Source: Octopus sinensis
Lineage: Eukaryota
Assembly: GCF_006345805.1 (NCBI RefSeq)
Contig: NC_043005.1
Location: 49,600,001 to 49,664,000 of the forward strand
Length of the DNA stretch: 64,000 nucleotides
Direction: 5' to 3'
Shown: positions 1 through 12,975 of the stretch, piece after piece
How positions within the stretch are numbered: the stretch's first letter is position 1
Layout of the letters: each line of letters begins with the position of its first letter
The notes under the pieces: model-generated
The model's database searches: none
Told to the model about the DNA's origin: nothing
The model's input: the letters and a program-made list of their open reading frames with translations, nothing else
Made by a program: the position numbers and the translations under genes

Positions 1-45
1 GCAAGTGACTGGTCAAACTTAATTCTAAATTAAAGAGAAGAGAGA

Positions 46-91
<46 letters not shown>

Positions 92-881
92 GCATGCACA
101 CACACACATACACACACTCACATGCACACACATACATCAGGCTTCTTGAAATTTCCTTCTACAAAATCCACTCACAAAGCTCAGATTGGCTTGGTGCTGT
201 AGAAGAAGATACTCAATCAAGGTGCTGTGCCATGGGACTGAACCCAATACCACATGGTTGATCAGATAACTTCCCTGCCACATAGCCATGCCTGTGTACA
301 TGTGTTATAACATTTTAGAATATAAAAAATAATAAAATAGAAGCAATATCTGAATTAAAAATATTTGAATCCAAGAGATATTGAATTCAGTCAGACATTT
401 ATGAAACCGATTTGATTTGTAACTAACTCTGCTTCCGCATTTCACTGTTCTATTCATAGAAACACACCCCGTACCCCTGCACGCCTCATTCAGGTTGATG
501 AATTATGACATAGCTTTCTTTTCTTTCTTTCACTTTTTTTTTTCCGTTTCGAAGGGCAAATAAGTGATCAGGGTGTAAACAGAGATAAAAAGGCGATTTT
601 TGATCTTCTATAGTCATTTTTATCTATGTCAGCTGATAATGAAATAACTGCAGTACTCCATGAATCTCATGACTTGTATTTCATTAGGATTGGAAAGTGT
701 TTATTATTACTATAAAACATGACAACTGACAACTTTCTTGAGGTTTGTAATCTATCTTGTTTCTGTGTTTTCCCCACGAAAATTAAGACCTTACTTGGAT
801 TAATGTTTCATCCAAACTTGAATACAATGTCATGACTATAAAACAATGATCATACATATGTATCTCTGTTTCTCTTTCTCC

Positions 882-921
<40 letters not shown>

Positions 922-1263
922 GCCAGTATCAATGTTTGTTATATGTGTACCTGTAGTGGTTAGCTTGTCTCCCTTCCTGGCTAGAAGTATGTCAGTGTAT
1001 TTTAATCAGCTACTTTTGTACAAATATTCTGAGAAAAAGTGAACAATGAATATACATTTTGAACAATTGTGTGTGTGTATCTGTGTGTCTATATTTCTAT
1101 GTGTATAGATATATGATGTACATACATTAGTGTTTGTATGGTTATGGATAAAAAGTCTTCTAAAGACATTAATCCCTCTACTACACTACTACACATTGAC
1201 TCAAGTACACTTTCAGTTTAACAATATCAACATTGAAAAATAGTGTGATAGAGTAAAGGCAGG

Positions 1264-1320
<57 letters not shown>

Positions 1321-3656
1321 ATAGCAATATATGTGTCTGTGTCACTTTCTGAGATATAAAAAGGATATACTAGCTTGTCTATCTGTCCTGTATGTATGTA
1401 ATCATTAGTATTTAGTTTTATTTCTAGATTTCTTACCAACGGAGTTAGTCAGTTTCTAACCTAGAGCCATGGCTCCTTTCTTAGAATTTCAACACCATTC
1501 AGGATATTTGTACATGTTTGTATGTATATGTGCAAGTATTTAGAGTCAGATATGTCTCATTTTATCTATGTATACTCATACATATAAGCTGTATGTCTAG
1601 ACATATGCATATGTACTTATATGCTAAACTTTGGAACGATTTACATATTTTGACAGTTCTATTGATGGCTTGTATCGGTAGTCTTCTAATTATCCTCTCT
1701 TTTCTGATTTTCAGAAAATTAATTTCTGAAGATTGGTGCTAAATTTTTTTTTATGTATCCTTGTACCCCCAATAATTACAGGTATGAATCTGAAATTGTA
1801 ATCTAAGTGGAGTAGCTGTATATTTCTCAATAGTTCAGCGTGGGTGTTTTCTCTTTCATTGATCTTTAACTTTATGTTGACATCCACTGGGCAACAAATT
1901 TCCACTATTACACATCATTTCTCTTCATAATTTATCTCAAATCACAATATCTGGTCTATTATGTTTGCATTTAATTGAGGTTTTCACCAGTACTCTTTCA
2001 TATTATGAGTGGTTACAGTCTAAGTGTGTGTGTGAATATCATTATTTTAACATCCACTTTTCCATGCTGGCATAGGCTGGATGGAGATTATTGAGGCAAA
2101 TTCTCTACAGCAGGATACCCCTCCTATCACCAACCCTCTTCTATTTGCGACCAAAGTAATATTGCCCCTTGACCAGACATATTTTTACAAAATACTCAAA
2201 ATAAATGACGCCTTGTATAATAGTGACACTCATGTACAACTACATGAGATCTTTGTATAAGGATACACAAATACACACATACTCACAGTTACAAACACAC
2301 ACACACATAAACACTTACACATACACATGTGTGTGTAAAAGTATGTTTATGTATATATATGATGATGATGTATAAAGTTTCCGTTTCCATGCCTACATGG
2401 GTCATGTGAGATTTGTTGAAGATTTTTCTGCAGCTAGAATCCCTCCCACTCACAAAGTCTTTCTGGTTTCTAAGCAAGCCAATATTTTCCAATGGCCAGA
2501 GATGTTTTCATGGAAGACTGAAAATGAGGATCACTGCTTATATGACAATGACACTCATTTATGTTTGGTGAATGACATGAAGACAAAGCTACATAAGCAC
2601 ACATCCACACACACACACACACAATGTGGCAGAATGCAGAACAGGCATGGTATACAGATAGATGATAGATGAGAACTTTAAATCCAACCCCTACATCCAG
2701 AGCTGGTACCTCCAGTGTCAAAAGTTAGCTATAAGAACAATCCTCATTGAGATGGTCTGGAAGTAGAATGATAAATAAAAACACAAGCTGGCTTAATACA
2801 TATATCACAGTGTCACAGTATCGGCCAGACCATCTGATGCTGTTATACACCACTGTATAACACAATGCAGTTCCATCTCCTATCAATCTCTTTGCATCTG
2901 CTGGTTTGTTTATGTTTCTGTAGCTTAGTGGTTCAGCATAAGAGACTGAAGCATTCACTTCTTTCTTCTCTGTTTTTCTTTACTTGACGAAAGACCAACA
3001 TCCTCTCAACGATTAGCCAGAGATGAGTTTTAAAATGAGAATATCTGAAATAAACTCGACTGCTCTCACAAGCAAGAATACTAAAAATGAACTCAACCAC
3101 TCTCAAAAATTAAGTAAAAAAAAAAAACGGAAAAAATAATCTTGAATCCTTGTCTGGTACTGGATCAATCCCATTGAACTTTTTGATTCTTTGTTTATAA
3201 TGTAAAATTAATTATCGTGTACTCTTATTTGTTTTTGTTGTTGGGATTTCTTTATCCTTTCTTTTCTTTTCTTTTTATTTTTGTTCTTGAAATCTAAATG
3301 GATATCTTTACCATGCTAACATAGGATTTACCTCTGGATTACACTGCTCTGAATTGATATTAATAGAATTAGAAGTCCATCTGAAAATAATAATGAAGTA
3401 TTAATATTAATATTGATATAATTCAGCAAGCTGGCAGAATCATTAGCATGCCAGGCAAAATATTTAGTAGCATTTTGTCTGTCCTTATGTTTTGAGTTCA
3501 AATTCTGCTGAAGCCAATTTTGCTTTACAACCTTTTGCAGGCAACGAAATAAGTACCATTTAAGCATTGGGGTCAATGTAATCAATGTAATCAATTTATC
3601 CTCTCCCTGATATTGCTGGCCTTGTGCCAAAATTAGAAACCAACAGTAATATTAAT

Positions 3657-4029
3657 ACAAGAACACTCAGAGAGTGCAAACCTCCGCCAAGGCAACACCA
3701 ACATCCTCTCAACGATTAGCCGGAGATGAATTTTAAAATGAGAATATCTGAAATAAACTCGACTGCTCTCACAAGCAAGAATAATACTAAAAATGAACCC
3801 AACCACTCTCAAAAATTAAGTAAAAAAAAAAACGAAAAATAATCCTGAATCCTTGTCTGGTATCAGATTGATCCCAAAATCTAATCAGTTTGTGCCAATC
3901 ATGGAGCCAAATATCCCTGAAAGTTTCATCCAAATCCATCCAGTGGTTCATGAGATATCTTGTCCTTGGACAAACAAACAAATGCAACTGAAAACAATAC
4001 CTCTGCCTTTACTAAGATGGAAGTAATAA
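3657..4029 (+). mobile_element. Non-autonomous Helitron/Helentron-like (HINE/DINE-1-like) element; partial copy at 2995-3171, fragmented inverted copy at 37187-38415
   Basis: 5' ACCTCCGCC (3680-3688), 3' imperfect hairpin TACCTCTGCCTT-tact-AAGATGGAAGTA whose consensus right arm complements the 5' motif, (CAAA)n near the 3' end, AT-rich flanks, no TSD. Confidence 0.6.
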
Positions 4030-4489
4030 GTGTAGGCCTGGCTGTGTGATCAAAGTGACTATGAAACCAATCAAAACCTTGTAAGTGGATTTCATAGATG
4101 GAAACTGAAAGAAGCCCACGATATATAATGTGTATGTGTGTGTGTGAGTGTGTGTGGTTGTTTCTCCTTATTTTGATATTGCATAATTTGTAAATAAAGC
4201 TCCACGAGGCTCCAGCAGGGATGGTGTCGAACCCTGCTGTACTCTTTCACCACAACTTTCTCTCACTCTTTCTTCCTGTTTCTGTTGTACCTGTATTTCA
4301 AAGGGCCAGCCTTGTTACACTGTGTGTCATGCTGAATGTCCCTGAGGACTACGTTAAGGGTACACGTGTCTGTGGAGTGTTCAGCCACTTTCACCAGCAA
4401 GCTGTTCCGTTGATTGGATCAACTGGAAACCTTGTCATTGTAAACAACGGAGTGCCACTATATATGTGTGTATGTGTGTGTGTGTTTAT

Positions 4490-4552
<63 letters not shown>

Positions 4553-5229
4553 AATGTGCATGACTTAGAGCGTTGGGCACACAATCATAAGGCAGTGAGT
4601 TCGATTCCTAGACTAGGCTGTGTGTTGCATTCTTGAGCAAGACACTCTATTTCATGTTGCTCCAGTTCAATTAGATGTAGAGATGAGCTGCAACATCACT
4701 GGTGCAAAGCTGTATCAGCCTTTGCCTCTCCCTTGGATAACATCGTTGGGGTGGACTGGGGAGTCTGGTATGCATGGGTGACTGTTGGTCTTCTATAAAC
4801 ATCCTTGCCCAGGCTTGTTTCTTGAAGGGGAACTTTCTAGGTGCAATCTCATGACCAAAGGAGGTGGGGCCATACACACATATATATATATATATATATC
4901 GTCATCATCATCCAGTGGTTTAAATCCGGGTTTTGTCCACATTAATGAGTGTGGCCGGATCTACCTCAATGCCATAGCAACCGAGGTAGGCAGGTGCAGC
5001 CCACCCCAACCTTTGGGCTGGCTGGTGCCCATTTTCTTTTGCTATCATGAGATTCTTTTGGAGCTGGATTTTCTACAGGGAGCATGCCCTTGCTTACCTC
5101 CATTTTCTGGACATGAGTGGTCCCGAAACCAAGGCCTCTACCATGATTTTTTAAGAAATGTGATGGAAAACTAGCTCAGGAAGGCAGGGACTCTACTCCC
5201 TGAGACACCTTTCGGAACCCCCCTACTTA

Positions 5230-5268
<39 letters not shown>

Positions 5269-6496
5269 TATTTATGTAATGCTGAAATAGCTACTACAAT
5301 TTGACAGAATTATCACAAGGATTGATGTATTTCTATTGTGGTTGTTTGGGGTTTTATTCACTGCACATATTATTTTTCATGTTGGTCTATGAATAATTCA
5401 AACAAAAAGTAATTTATACACATGGGAATAGATAAACTCTGCAGTAATGACAAAATAGCTGCTTCGTATATCTGCATGACTATACTGTCATGACACCAAA
5501 TAATAAGTGTTTAAGTGAAGCTGACAGTCTTTTAATATCTTTGAATAGCTAATATGTGCTTTCCCTGCTGCAATCATTTTAGTTTAAAATCATGGTTTCA
5601 GCACAAAAATCACTTGCCTGGTAAGTATCCCTTTGAAACATTGACAGACTTCATGTTAAAATGAAGAAAAGTTTAGAAATTTCTTTTGGAACAGTGTATT
5701 TTATGACTTGTAGGGACACTGATTTCATTAAGCAAAGTATATAAAACGTTTTTTTTTTTAAATAGTAAATAAGTAAATTAAACGTTTTTTTTTTAATAAG
5801 TAAATTCTGTGTTCTACTGTGTTAGCAGTGCTATTATATCACTTGTTAAGGTTATCTGTACAGATTTTCTATAGAAATTATAGTGCTGGCTATAATTTCT
5901 ATAGAAAGTCTATAGAGATAACCTTAACAAATGTAATTTTGAAGAATGTTTCTTATAGCATCATTGATATAATGACATTGCTTCAATTAACTGTAAAAAT
6001 TAGTGTTGTGTCAAATAAAAACAAATGGACAAAACAGAGTCAAAGAGTAATGTTAGTATATTTACAAGAATCTAAGTTTGTCTGGGTTTCAATTCCCTGT
6101 TTGTTACCATTTGCTTTTTTTATCAGTTGTACTCTCGGAAAAAAGCTTCATTATAATTTCCTCTTTCTTTTCTTTACATTCCTATTGTTTGCCTATATGT
6201 AGATATGTTGATGTTCGTATGTTTTTGTTTCAGATTTTGAGATTTCCTGTTTATATGTTTTGGTGAATTTATGGTTTATTTGGTTTTAAATAGCTGTTAT
6301 GTGTTTTGATATTTCACTTAGGTTTTGTAAGACTAATAACCCAGTGTAGAACTCAATGTACATATGTTTCAGAATAAAGTGTTTGCTGAGTATAAAGTTG
6401 TAATAAGAAAGAGAGATGACAAAGGGATGAATGATGAAGTTCATATGATAATCATTCATCACTTTTTCATCTTTCTTTCTTAATATCGCTCTACAC

Positions 6497-6747
6497 TCAT
6501 GCTGAAGAATATTCTACAGTATATTTAGATTTTTGCTACTAATTGATTCAGAAAATTAGAAAATAGCATATTCATAAACTCTTTAAACATTTCAAAAAAA
6601 AAATATATGTTTATGAAATTTCACAGTAAAACAGATATGGCTATGTGGTAAGAAATTTGCTTCTTAACCACATGGTTCCGGGTTCAGTCCCACTGCATAG
6701 GACCTTCTACCATAGCGTCAGGCTGACCAAAGCTTTGTTAGTGGATT
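6497..6747 (+). repeat. Local direct duplication, copy 1 (copy 2 at 8763-9011)
   Basis: About 250 bp of AT-rich flank plus SINE head are shared, including the same internal SINE deletion (catagg|accttcta). Confidence 0.9.
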
Positions 6748-7700
6748 CTGAAACATATATATATATTAATTATATGTATAAATATAAACAAACTAACATT
6801 TGTTTTGTTTTATAAGCATCAAAATGTGTATTGAACAACACAAATTAGATGATATTTTTTCCAATGCTAAATTGCCACTAGAGCAACAGGTAAAATTTGT
6901 CAACAACCCGTCATGAATTTGTCAGCAGGCAGTTTAGTTTAATGGTAAAGCACTCAGCTGGAGTCTTTGAGGGATATGGGTTCGTGTGCTATGGCTTGTT
7001 GTTGACAAATTTTTCTGCTTTATAAGGGTAATTTTCCCAGTTTTTCTGCTGTTTTAACAGCAATTCTGTGTTTGAAAGAAAATAATCTAATTTGTATCGT
7101 TCAATACACGTATTAAGTTCTACACTGATTTATTAGTCTCGCAATACCTAAGTGAAATATTAAAACACAAAAAACTCCCACCCGGAAGAGTTCTAACAGC
7201 TAATAATCCTTTGACATTGGAAAAACCTTATTTGGGAACTTCACTCAAGAACATACCTATACCACCAAGGTAGCAGTTATATATGTATGGATATCTGTAT
7301 CATGGTATCAACCAGACATTCAAATACTGTTGTACACTGCAGGTCAAATTGCACTTCCTTGCAGTGCTGTAGCTTTCAAACAATGCCACCCCATTGGCTT
7401 GGCAGGCCAATAATACATAAATGACTGTGATTATGACATTCCCCCTAAACTGAGTGGCCTGGTGCAATGTGAAATGAAGTGTTTTGCTTGAGAACACAAC
7501 ACACCATGTGGCCCAGGAACTGAAACCATGAGCTTGCAATCATGAGTGCAAACACCCTAGCCATTAGGCTATGTACCTTCACATGTGTGTATAGGATATA
7601 TGCTTAGAAAAGATTAGTTATATATAAAGAGAAATGAATTTTAATTCCCTTGTTTATCAATATTTATCATGTTTGTTACTTTTCTTCTTTTTTTTTTCAG

Positions 7701-7826
7701 ACATCTGGGGTTGAAAAGAAAGAACACTTATATAAGATTCTTGTTATTGGAGAATTAGGAACTGGAAAAACAAGTATCATCAAACGTTATGTCCATCAAT
7801 TCTTCTCCCAACATTACCGAGCTACT
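7701..7826 (+). CDS. RAB32: Rab32/38-family small GTPase, first coding exon visible (internal exon, phase 0 start; P-loop)
   Basis: Polypyrimidine tract + CAG at 7698-7700; encodes TSGVEKKEHLYKILVIGELGTGKTSIIKRYVHQFFSQHYRAT (G1 GELGTGKT, typical Rab32/38/lightoid sequence); followed by donor GTATCCTTT. Confidence 0.97.
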
Positions 7827-8378
7827 GTATCCTTTATATCATTACATTATTTTTAGTTATTTGGAGGCAGCATGCTAACAGAATTGTTAACACATCAGAC
7901 AAAATGCCAAGCAGCTTTCTTCTATCCCTTTGCATTCTGAGTTAAAATTCTGCAAAGGATTCAACTTTGCCTTTCTTCCTTTCAGGGTCGATAAAGTATG
8001 TATCAGCTGAGCCCTGGACGCAATGCAATTGGCTCATTCCTCCCACTAAATTTGCTAGCATCATGCCAAAATTTAATATTCTTAAAATGCATAAAAACAT
8101 ATTACTGTGGGGTAAGAAGTTTGCTTTCCAACAACATGGTTTTGAGTTCGGTCTCACTGCGTGGCACCTTAGGATAACATTATCTTTGAAAGACCTGGGC
8201 TAACCAAAGCATCGTAAGTTGATTTCATGGATAGAAACTGAAAGAAGCCCATCATATATGTGTGAATGTGTGTGTCTGTCTGTGTTTGTATCTGGTTTGT
8301 CCCCAACAGACAACTAAAGCCAACTCCCGTCAAATTATCTAATCCATACCATCACAGAAATTGATGATGATGATGATG

Positions 8379-8425
<47 letters not shown>

Positions 8426-9734
8426 AGTGTACATTTAAACACAAAAGAGGCGACCCTTAACAGGCAGCCTTATATGCTAGAAGTAGCAGTCAAAACGACT
8501 AAAACCACATTTAAGAGCAATTTCGAATATATATATGATGATGATAATGATTAGCTTTCCCTCACAGACAACTAATAATTTAAGAGTTTGGAAAAGAGAC
8601 TGATAGAATAAGTACCAGACTTAAAAAAAAAAGTATTGGGGTCCATTCATTCAACTAAAATTTCTTTAGGCACTGCCCCTGCATGGCTGCAGTCTAGTCT
8701 GTGCATGAGGTGCATGTGTGTTCTATGGCCATGTTGATTCAGCATCTTTAACAGTGATTAGTTCATGCTGAAGAATGCTCTACAGTGTATTTAGATTTTT
8801 GCTACTAATTGATTCAGAAAATTAGAAAATAGCATATTCATAAACTTTTTAAACATTTAAGAAAAAAAGAAATGTTTATGAAATTTTACAGTAAACAGAT
8901 TTGGCTGTGTGGTAAGAAATTTGCTACTTAACCACGTGGTTCCAGGTTCAGTCCCACTGCATAGGACCTTCTATCATAGTATCAAGCTGACCAAAGCTTT
9001 GTTAGTGGATTTGATGGATGGAAACTGTAAGAAGCTTATTGTATATGTGTGTGTGTGCCTGTGTCTTTGTGTCTGTGTTTGCCCCCCCCCCACCGCTTGA
9101 CAACCAGTGTTTGTATGTTTACGTTCTCATAACTTAGCAGTTCAGCAGTTCAGTGTAAATAGACCAATAGATTAAGTACCAGGCTTACAACAAAAAAAAA
9201 GAGTACAGGGGGTCAAATCACTACAGCTCGAGATCTGTTTTAATCTCTCCATCATACTTTAACTTATCACCAGACACTAAACCACCTCCTCAATACTAGT
9301 CCTGCTTTGGTTGAGGAGGTGAGTGTCTTACAAGTTATTTGGTGACCTTGCTGAAGCTGGTGCCATGGAAAAAGCACCCAGTACACTTTGTAAAGTAGTT
9401 GGTATTGATAAGGGCTTCCCAGCTGTAAAAACTATGCTAAAGCAAATGGCAGAGCAATAACTATACTGAGAAGTAATGTTTATTGCCACTTTAACCTGAC
9501 TGTTCTGTAGGAACCAATGTTACTACCATTTTAACCCCAGGAGGACACCTTTTCCAGCTGGTTATTCAAAGCAGTCTGCATTCGATATATATTGGAGGCA
9601 GGGGAGAGAACTCCTACCATCTTCAAGCCGTGAGACCACTAGACCTTACGGTTTTGAGCTCTTTGTGCTCATCCTAAGTAGCGCATTCTCATCCACTAGA
9701 GATAACAGTAGTTCACTCTTGCTCACAATATATA

Positions 9735-9770
<36 letters not shown>

Positions 9771-10036
9771 TATCGGGTGCAGATTGCATCGAATAACCAT
9801 CTGGAGGAGGCATCCTCCTGGGGTTAAAATGATAGTAGTGTTGATTCCTGCAGAACAGCCATATTGAAGTGGCAAATAAGCATTACTTATATTGTGTGTT
9901 AAAATAAGAGAAGGATATGTTATAGTCTTATTCCAAATCATCAGAATCTATCAATTAATAGCAATTCTTAAATTTGATATTTCCTTTTGTACAGGTTTCT
10001 TACTTTTAATTTCGCTTCCTTAACAATTGTCTACAG
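7827..10036 (+). other. U12-type (minor spliceosome) GT-AG intron of Rab32
   Basis: 5' splice site GTATCCTTT (7827-7835) and branch point TTCCTTAAC (10016-10024), 12 nt before the CAG; both are exact U12 consensus; no classical polypyrimidine tract between branch point and AG. Confidence 0.93.
9500..9858. repeat. Inverted repeat, arms 9500-9591 and 9769-9858
   Basis: About 90-bp arms, about 82% complementary by eye (e.g. tcctcctggggttaaaatg / cattttaaccccaggagga), spacer about 177 bp. Confidence 0.9.
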
Positions 10037-10115
10037 ATAGGTGTTGATTTTGCACTAAAAGTCATTAGTTGGGATGCTGACACACTTATCCGATTGCAAT
10101 TATGGGACATTGCAG
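10037..10115 (+). CDS. RAB32: Rab32/38 exon (switch I to G3)
   Basis: CAG acceptor ending 10036; encodes IGVDFALKVISWDADTLIRLQLWDIA-G; donor GTAAAA at 10116, phase 1; in frame with both neighbouring exons. Confidence 0.97.
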
Positions 10116-11734
10116 GTAAAATATAGATTATTTATTTTTGATTTCATTCTATCCCATTTTAGTTACACACTGTCATACTTCTGTTTTGAGAGTTTCATAC
10201 ATCAGATACATACTGCAACATGTCAGTTACATACTGTGACATTTCAGTTACACAGCATTTTAGTTACATAAAATTTCAGTTACATAACACTTAAGCCACA
10301 TGCTATAAAAATTCAGTTACATATTACAACACATCAGTTACATGCAATGAAGGCATGCAGCCAAATAGTTAGAGTATTTGGCTCATGATCATAAGGATGT
10401 GAGTTCAATACCCAGCAATGTGCTGTATCCTTAAGCAAGACATTTTATTTCACATTTCTCCAGTCAACTCAGCTGGCAAAAATGAGTAGTACTAGTATTC
10501 CAAAGGGCCAGCATTGTCACACTCTGTGTCACGCAGAATCTCCCTAAGAACTACATTAAGAGTACATGTGTCTGTAGAGTGCTCAGTCACATGCACATTA
10601 ATTTCACGAGTAGGCTGCTCTGTTGATCAGATCAACTGGAATCCTCAATGTCATAACAGACAGAATGCCAGTGTATATGTGTTAGTGTTACCTTATCTTG
10701 ACATCACATGATATGGAGATGACAGAGGACCAAGATGTGTGGTGCATTGCTGTACTCAAGAAGACCCACATACCACAACAGAATTGAGATCCTAAAACTA
10801 AGGTGCCATGTAAAAAGCATTGATGTGAGTGCTAATGCCATACAAAATGCACTGGTGATGGTGCCATGCAAAAAGCACCCAGTATACTCTGTATAAGGGT
10901 TGGCACTAGGAAGGGCATCCAATCATAAAAACTAAGCCAAAACAGACCATGGACTCTGTTGTGGACCCTGGCCTTGCTGGTTTCTGTTAAGCTGCCAAAA
11001 TCATGCCAGCATGGAAAATGGATGTCAAATGTTGATGATGATGATGACGACGATGACGGTGACGACGATAATGATGATGATGCAAGCAAATCTTCTGCAA
11101 AAGCAGGCTTAGCTTGGGTGGACTGTTACCTTTCTCCATTGTCAAACAGTTGAGTAAGCAGAGACTGTGTGGAAGCCCATTAGATGGTTTGTGCCTGTAA
11201 TTTGAACATCTAGCCTTTTCACACTGAGCCATGCTGATTCTAGTTTTTATGTTAAGAATACATATGTCTGTGGAATATTCAGTCATTTATTTACTTATTT
11301 ATTTACTTATTTATTCAGTGAGCAGGTAATTTAGTTGATTTATTAGTGTAGTCATTATTGACACTAGCAGAGATCCATTACATCTACCGTACAAGATTGA
11401 TTGCTTCAAGCCATCCACATTATTGGCTTGCTAGCAGAGCCACATGCGCACCAGACAAAATGTTTCATGCATTTCTTCAGGCTCTTTATGTTCTGAGTTC
11501 AAATACCACTGAGGTCAACTATGCCTTTCATCCTTTCAGGGTTGATAAAATGAGTACCAACTGAGCACTGAGGACAACATGATCAAATCAACTAACTCCC
11601 TCCCACAAAATTTCAAACTTTGTTCCTATACTAGAATTGACTATACACATGAAAATACAAAAGATACTAAGAATTTCTGACAAGCTTGACTTTATCAGCA
11701 ACATCAGTATTTTCCATCTCTAATGATGATGATC

Positions 11735-12100
11735 ATCATCATTTAACGTCCGCCTTCCATGCTAGCATGGGTTGGAAGATTTTGACTGAGAGCTGGCAAA
11801 CCAGATGGCCGCACCAGGCTCCAATCTTGATTTGGCAGAGTTTCTACAGCTGGATGCCCTTCCTAACGCCAACCACTCTGAGAGTGTAGTGGGTACTTTT
11901 ACGTGCCACCTGCATGAGGCCAGTCAGGCGGTACTAGCAATGACCTCGCTCGAATCTTTTTACACATGCCGCCAGCACAGGTGCCAGTAAGGCGACGTTG
12001 GTAACAATCACACTCGAATGGTGCCCTTTTACGTGCCACCGGCACGGAGCCAGTTGGCTGCTCTGGCAACGATCACGCTCGGATGGTGCTCTTGGCATGG
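11735..12100 (-). mobile_element. RTE 3'-end short element with ~65-bp internal subrepeats; similar copies at 17340-17740, 54160-54480, 31830-32050 and others
   Basis: Shares catcatcatttaacgtccgc...ccatgctagcatgggttgg with the 3' end of the RTE at 15557; three ttttacgtgccaccggcac-type subunits. Confidence 0.8.
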
Positions 12101-12713
12101 TAAACTTTATCTGTCACTTGGTTCAACATCACCACGTAGTACCACTTTTAGTGGAGTTCATCCTGTTGCAATAATCTGAGTCAAGTCTCTGAATTGAGAA
12201 TATCATCTTCTTTCCCTCTCATCAATCTTAGAGGTTCTGTAAAAAGGCTGTAGGTACTGTCTTCCTTCTTAGCTAAAAACATAAATACAATAGGAGAAGT
12301 TGCCTCTCTCCAAAAAATACTCTGAATATCAAAGTATGACATTTCATGTACACTGCTGAGATATCAACAAATTTATCTAAGCAAAACTCTGGTGTATAAA
12401 TATTCTGAATATCAGTGTAAATATGCCATATGAGTAATTATCTCATGAGTTGTATTGACACTGCAACACAGATAAGAAAAGATGTATTCCTTTAATGACT
12501 AGCAATTAAATTTGATAGCATTTTGAAGAGGGTCTGCTTGTCATACCAGAGCAAGAGATATTAAACTGCCACATAATGAATATTGGTTCTTTCAAAGTAA
12601 TGTGAAAGATGAAATGTATCAATAGTAGCTGCCCTTTAAGATTAACAAAATATTAATTTTGTATGGAGTATGAAGTTACAGCAAGAAATATTTATGAACA
12701 GTATCATCTTCAT

Positions 12714-12975
12714 CAGTGGTTTTCAACTGGAGTCTACACAACCCTTGGGCAGAGGGGTCCATATAAGATTTAGGTTTTAAAAATTATGCCCAATAAATTG
12801 GTCATATTTCTACTTTTCATACAATTAAACTAGCAATTTTTTTTTATTCAGTTCCTAAAAATATTTAATTATAAAGATATAATGGGAATTTTAAACTTCA
12901 AATAGCTATAGGGGTCCAATAGAGTAAAATAGGAATCAAAGGGGTCCATAGAAAAAATATAGTTCAGAGCCACTG
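12714..12975. mobile_element. hAT-type MITE
   Basis: TIRs CAGTGGTTTTCAAC / GTTCAGAGCCACTG; 8-bp TSD ATCTTCAT (12706-12713) / ATCTACAT (12976-12983); repeated GGGGTCCA subterminal motifs. Confidence 0.85.

Noticed and set aside
515-580. Strong polypyrimidine tract + AAG as a possible upstream Rab32 exon
   Set aside because: The only open frame is short, the donor is weak and the peptide shows no resemblance to Rab N-termini.
5621-5634. GTAAGTATCCCTTT as a possible second U12-like donor
   Set aside because: GTATCCCTT deviates from consensus at +7 and would follow an in-frame TAA; no matching branch point was identified.
9981-9994. Alternative U2-type acceptor (ttccttttgtacag) upstream of the U12 acceptor
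   Set aside because: Use in phase 0 gives GTT TCT TAC TTT TAA, an immediate stop; no evidence of use.
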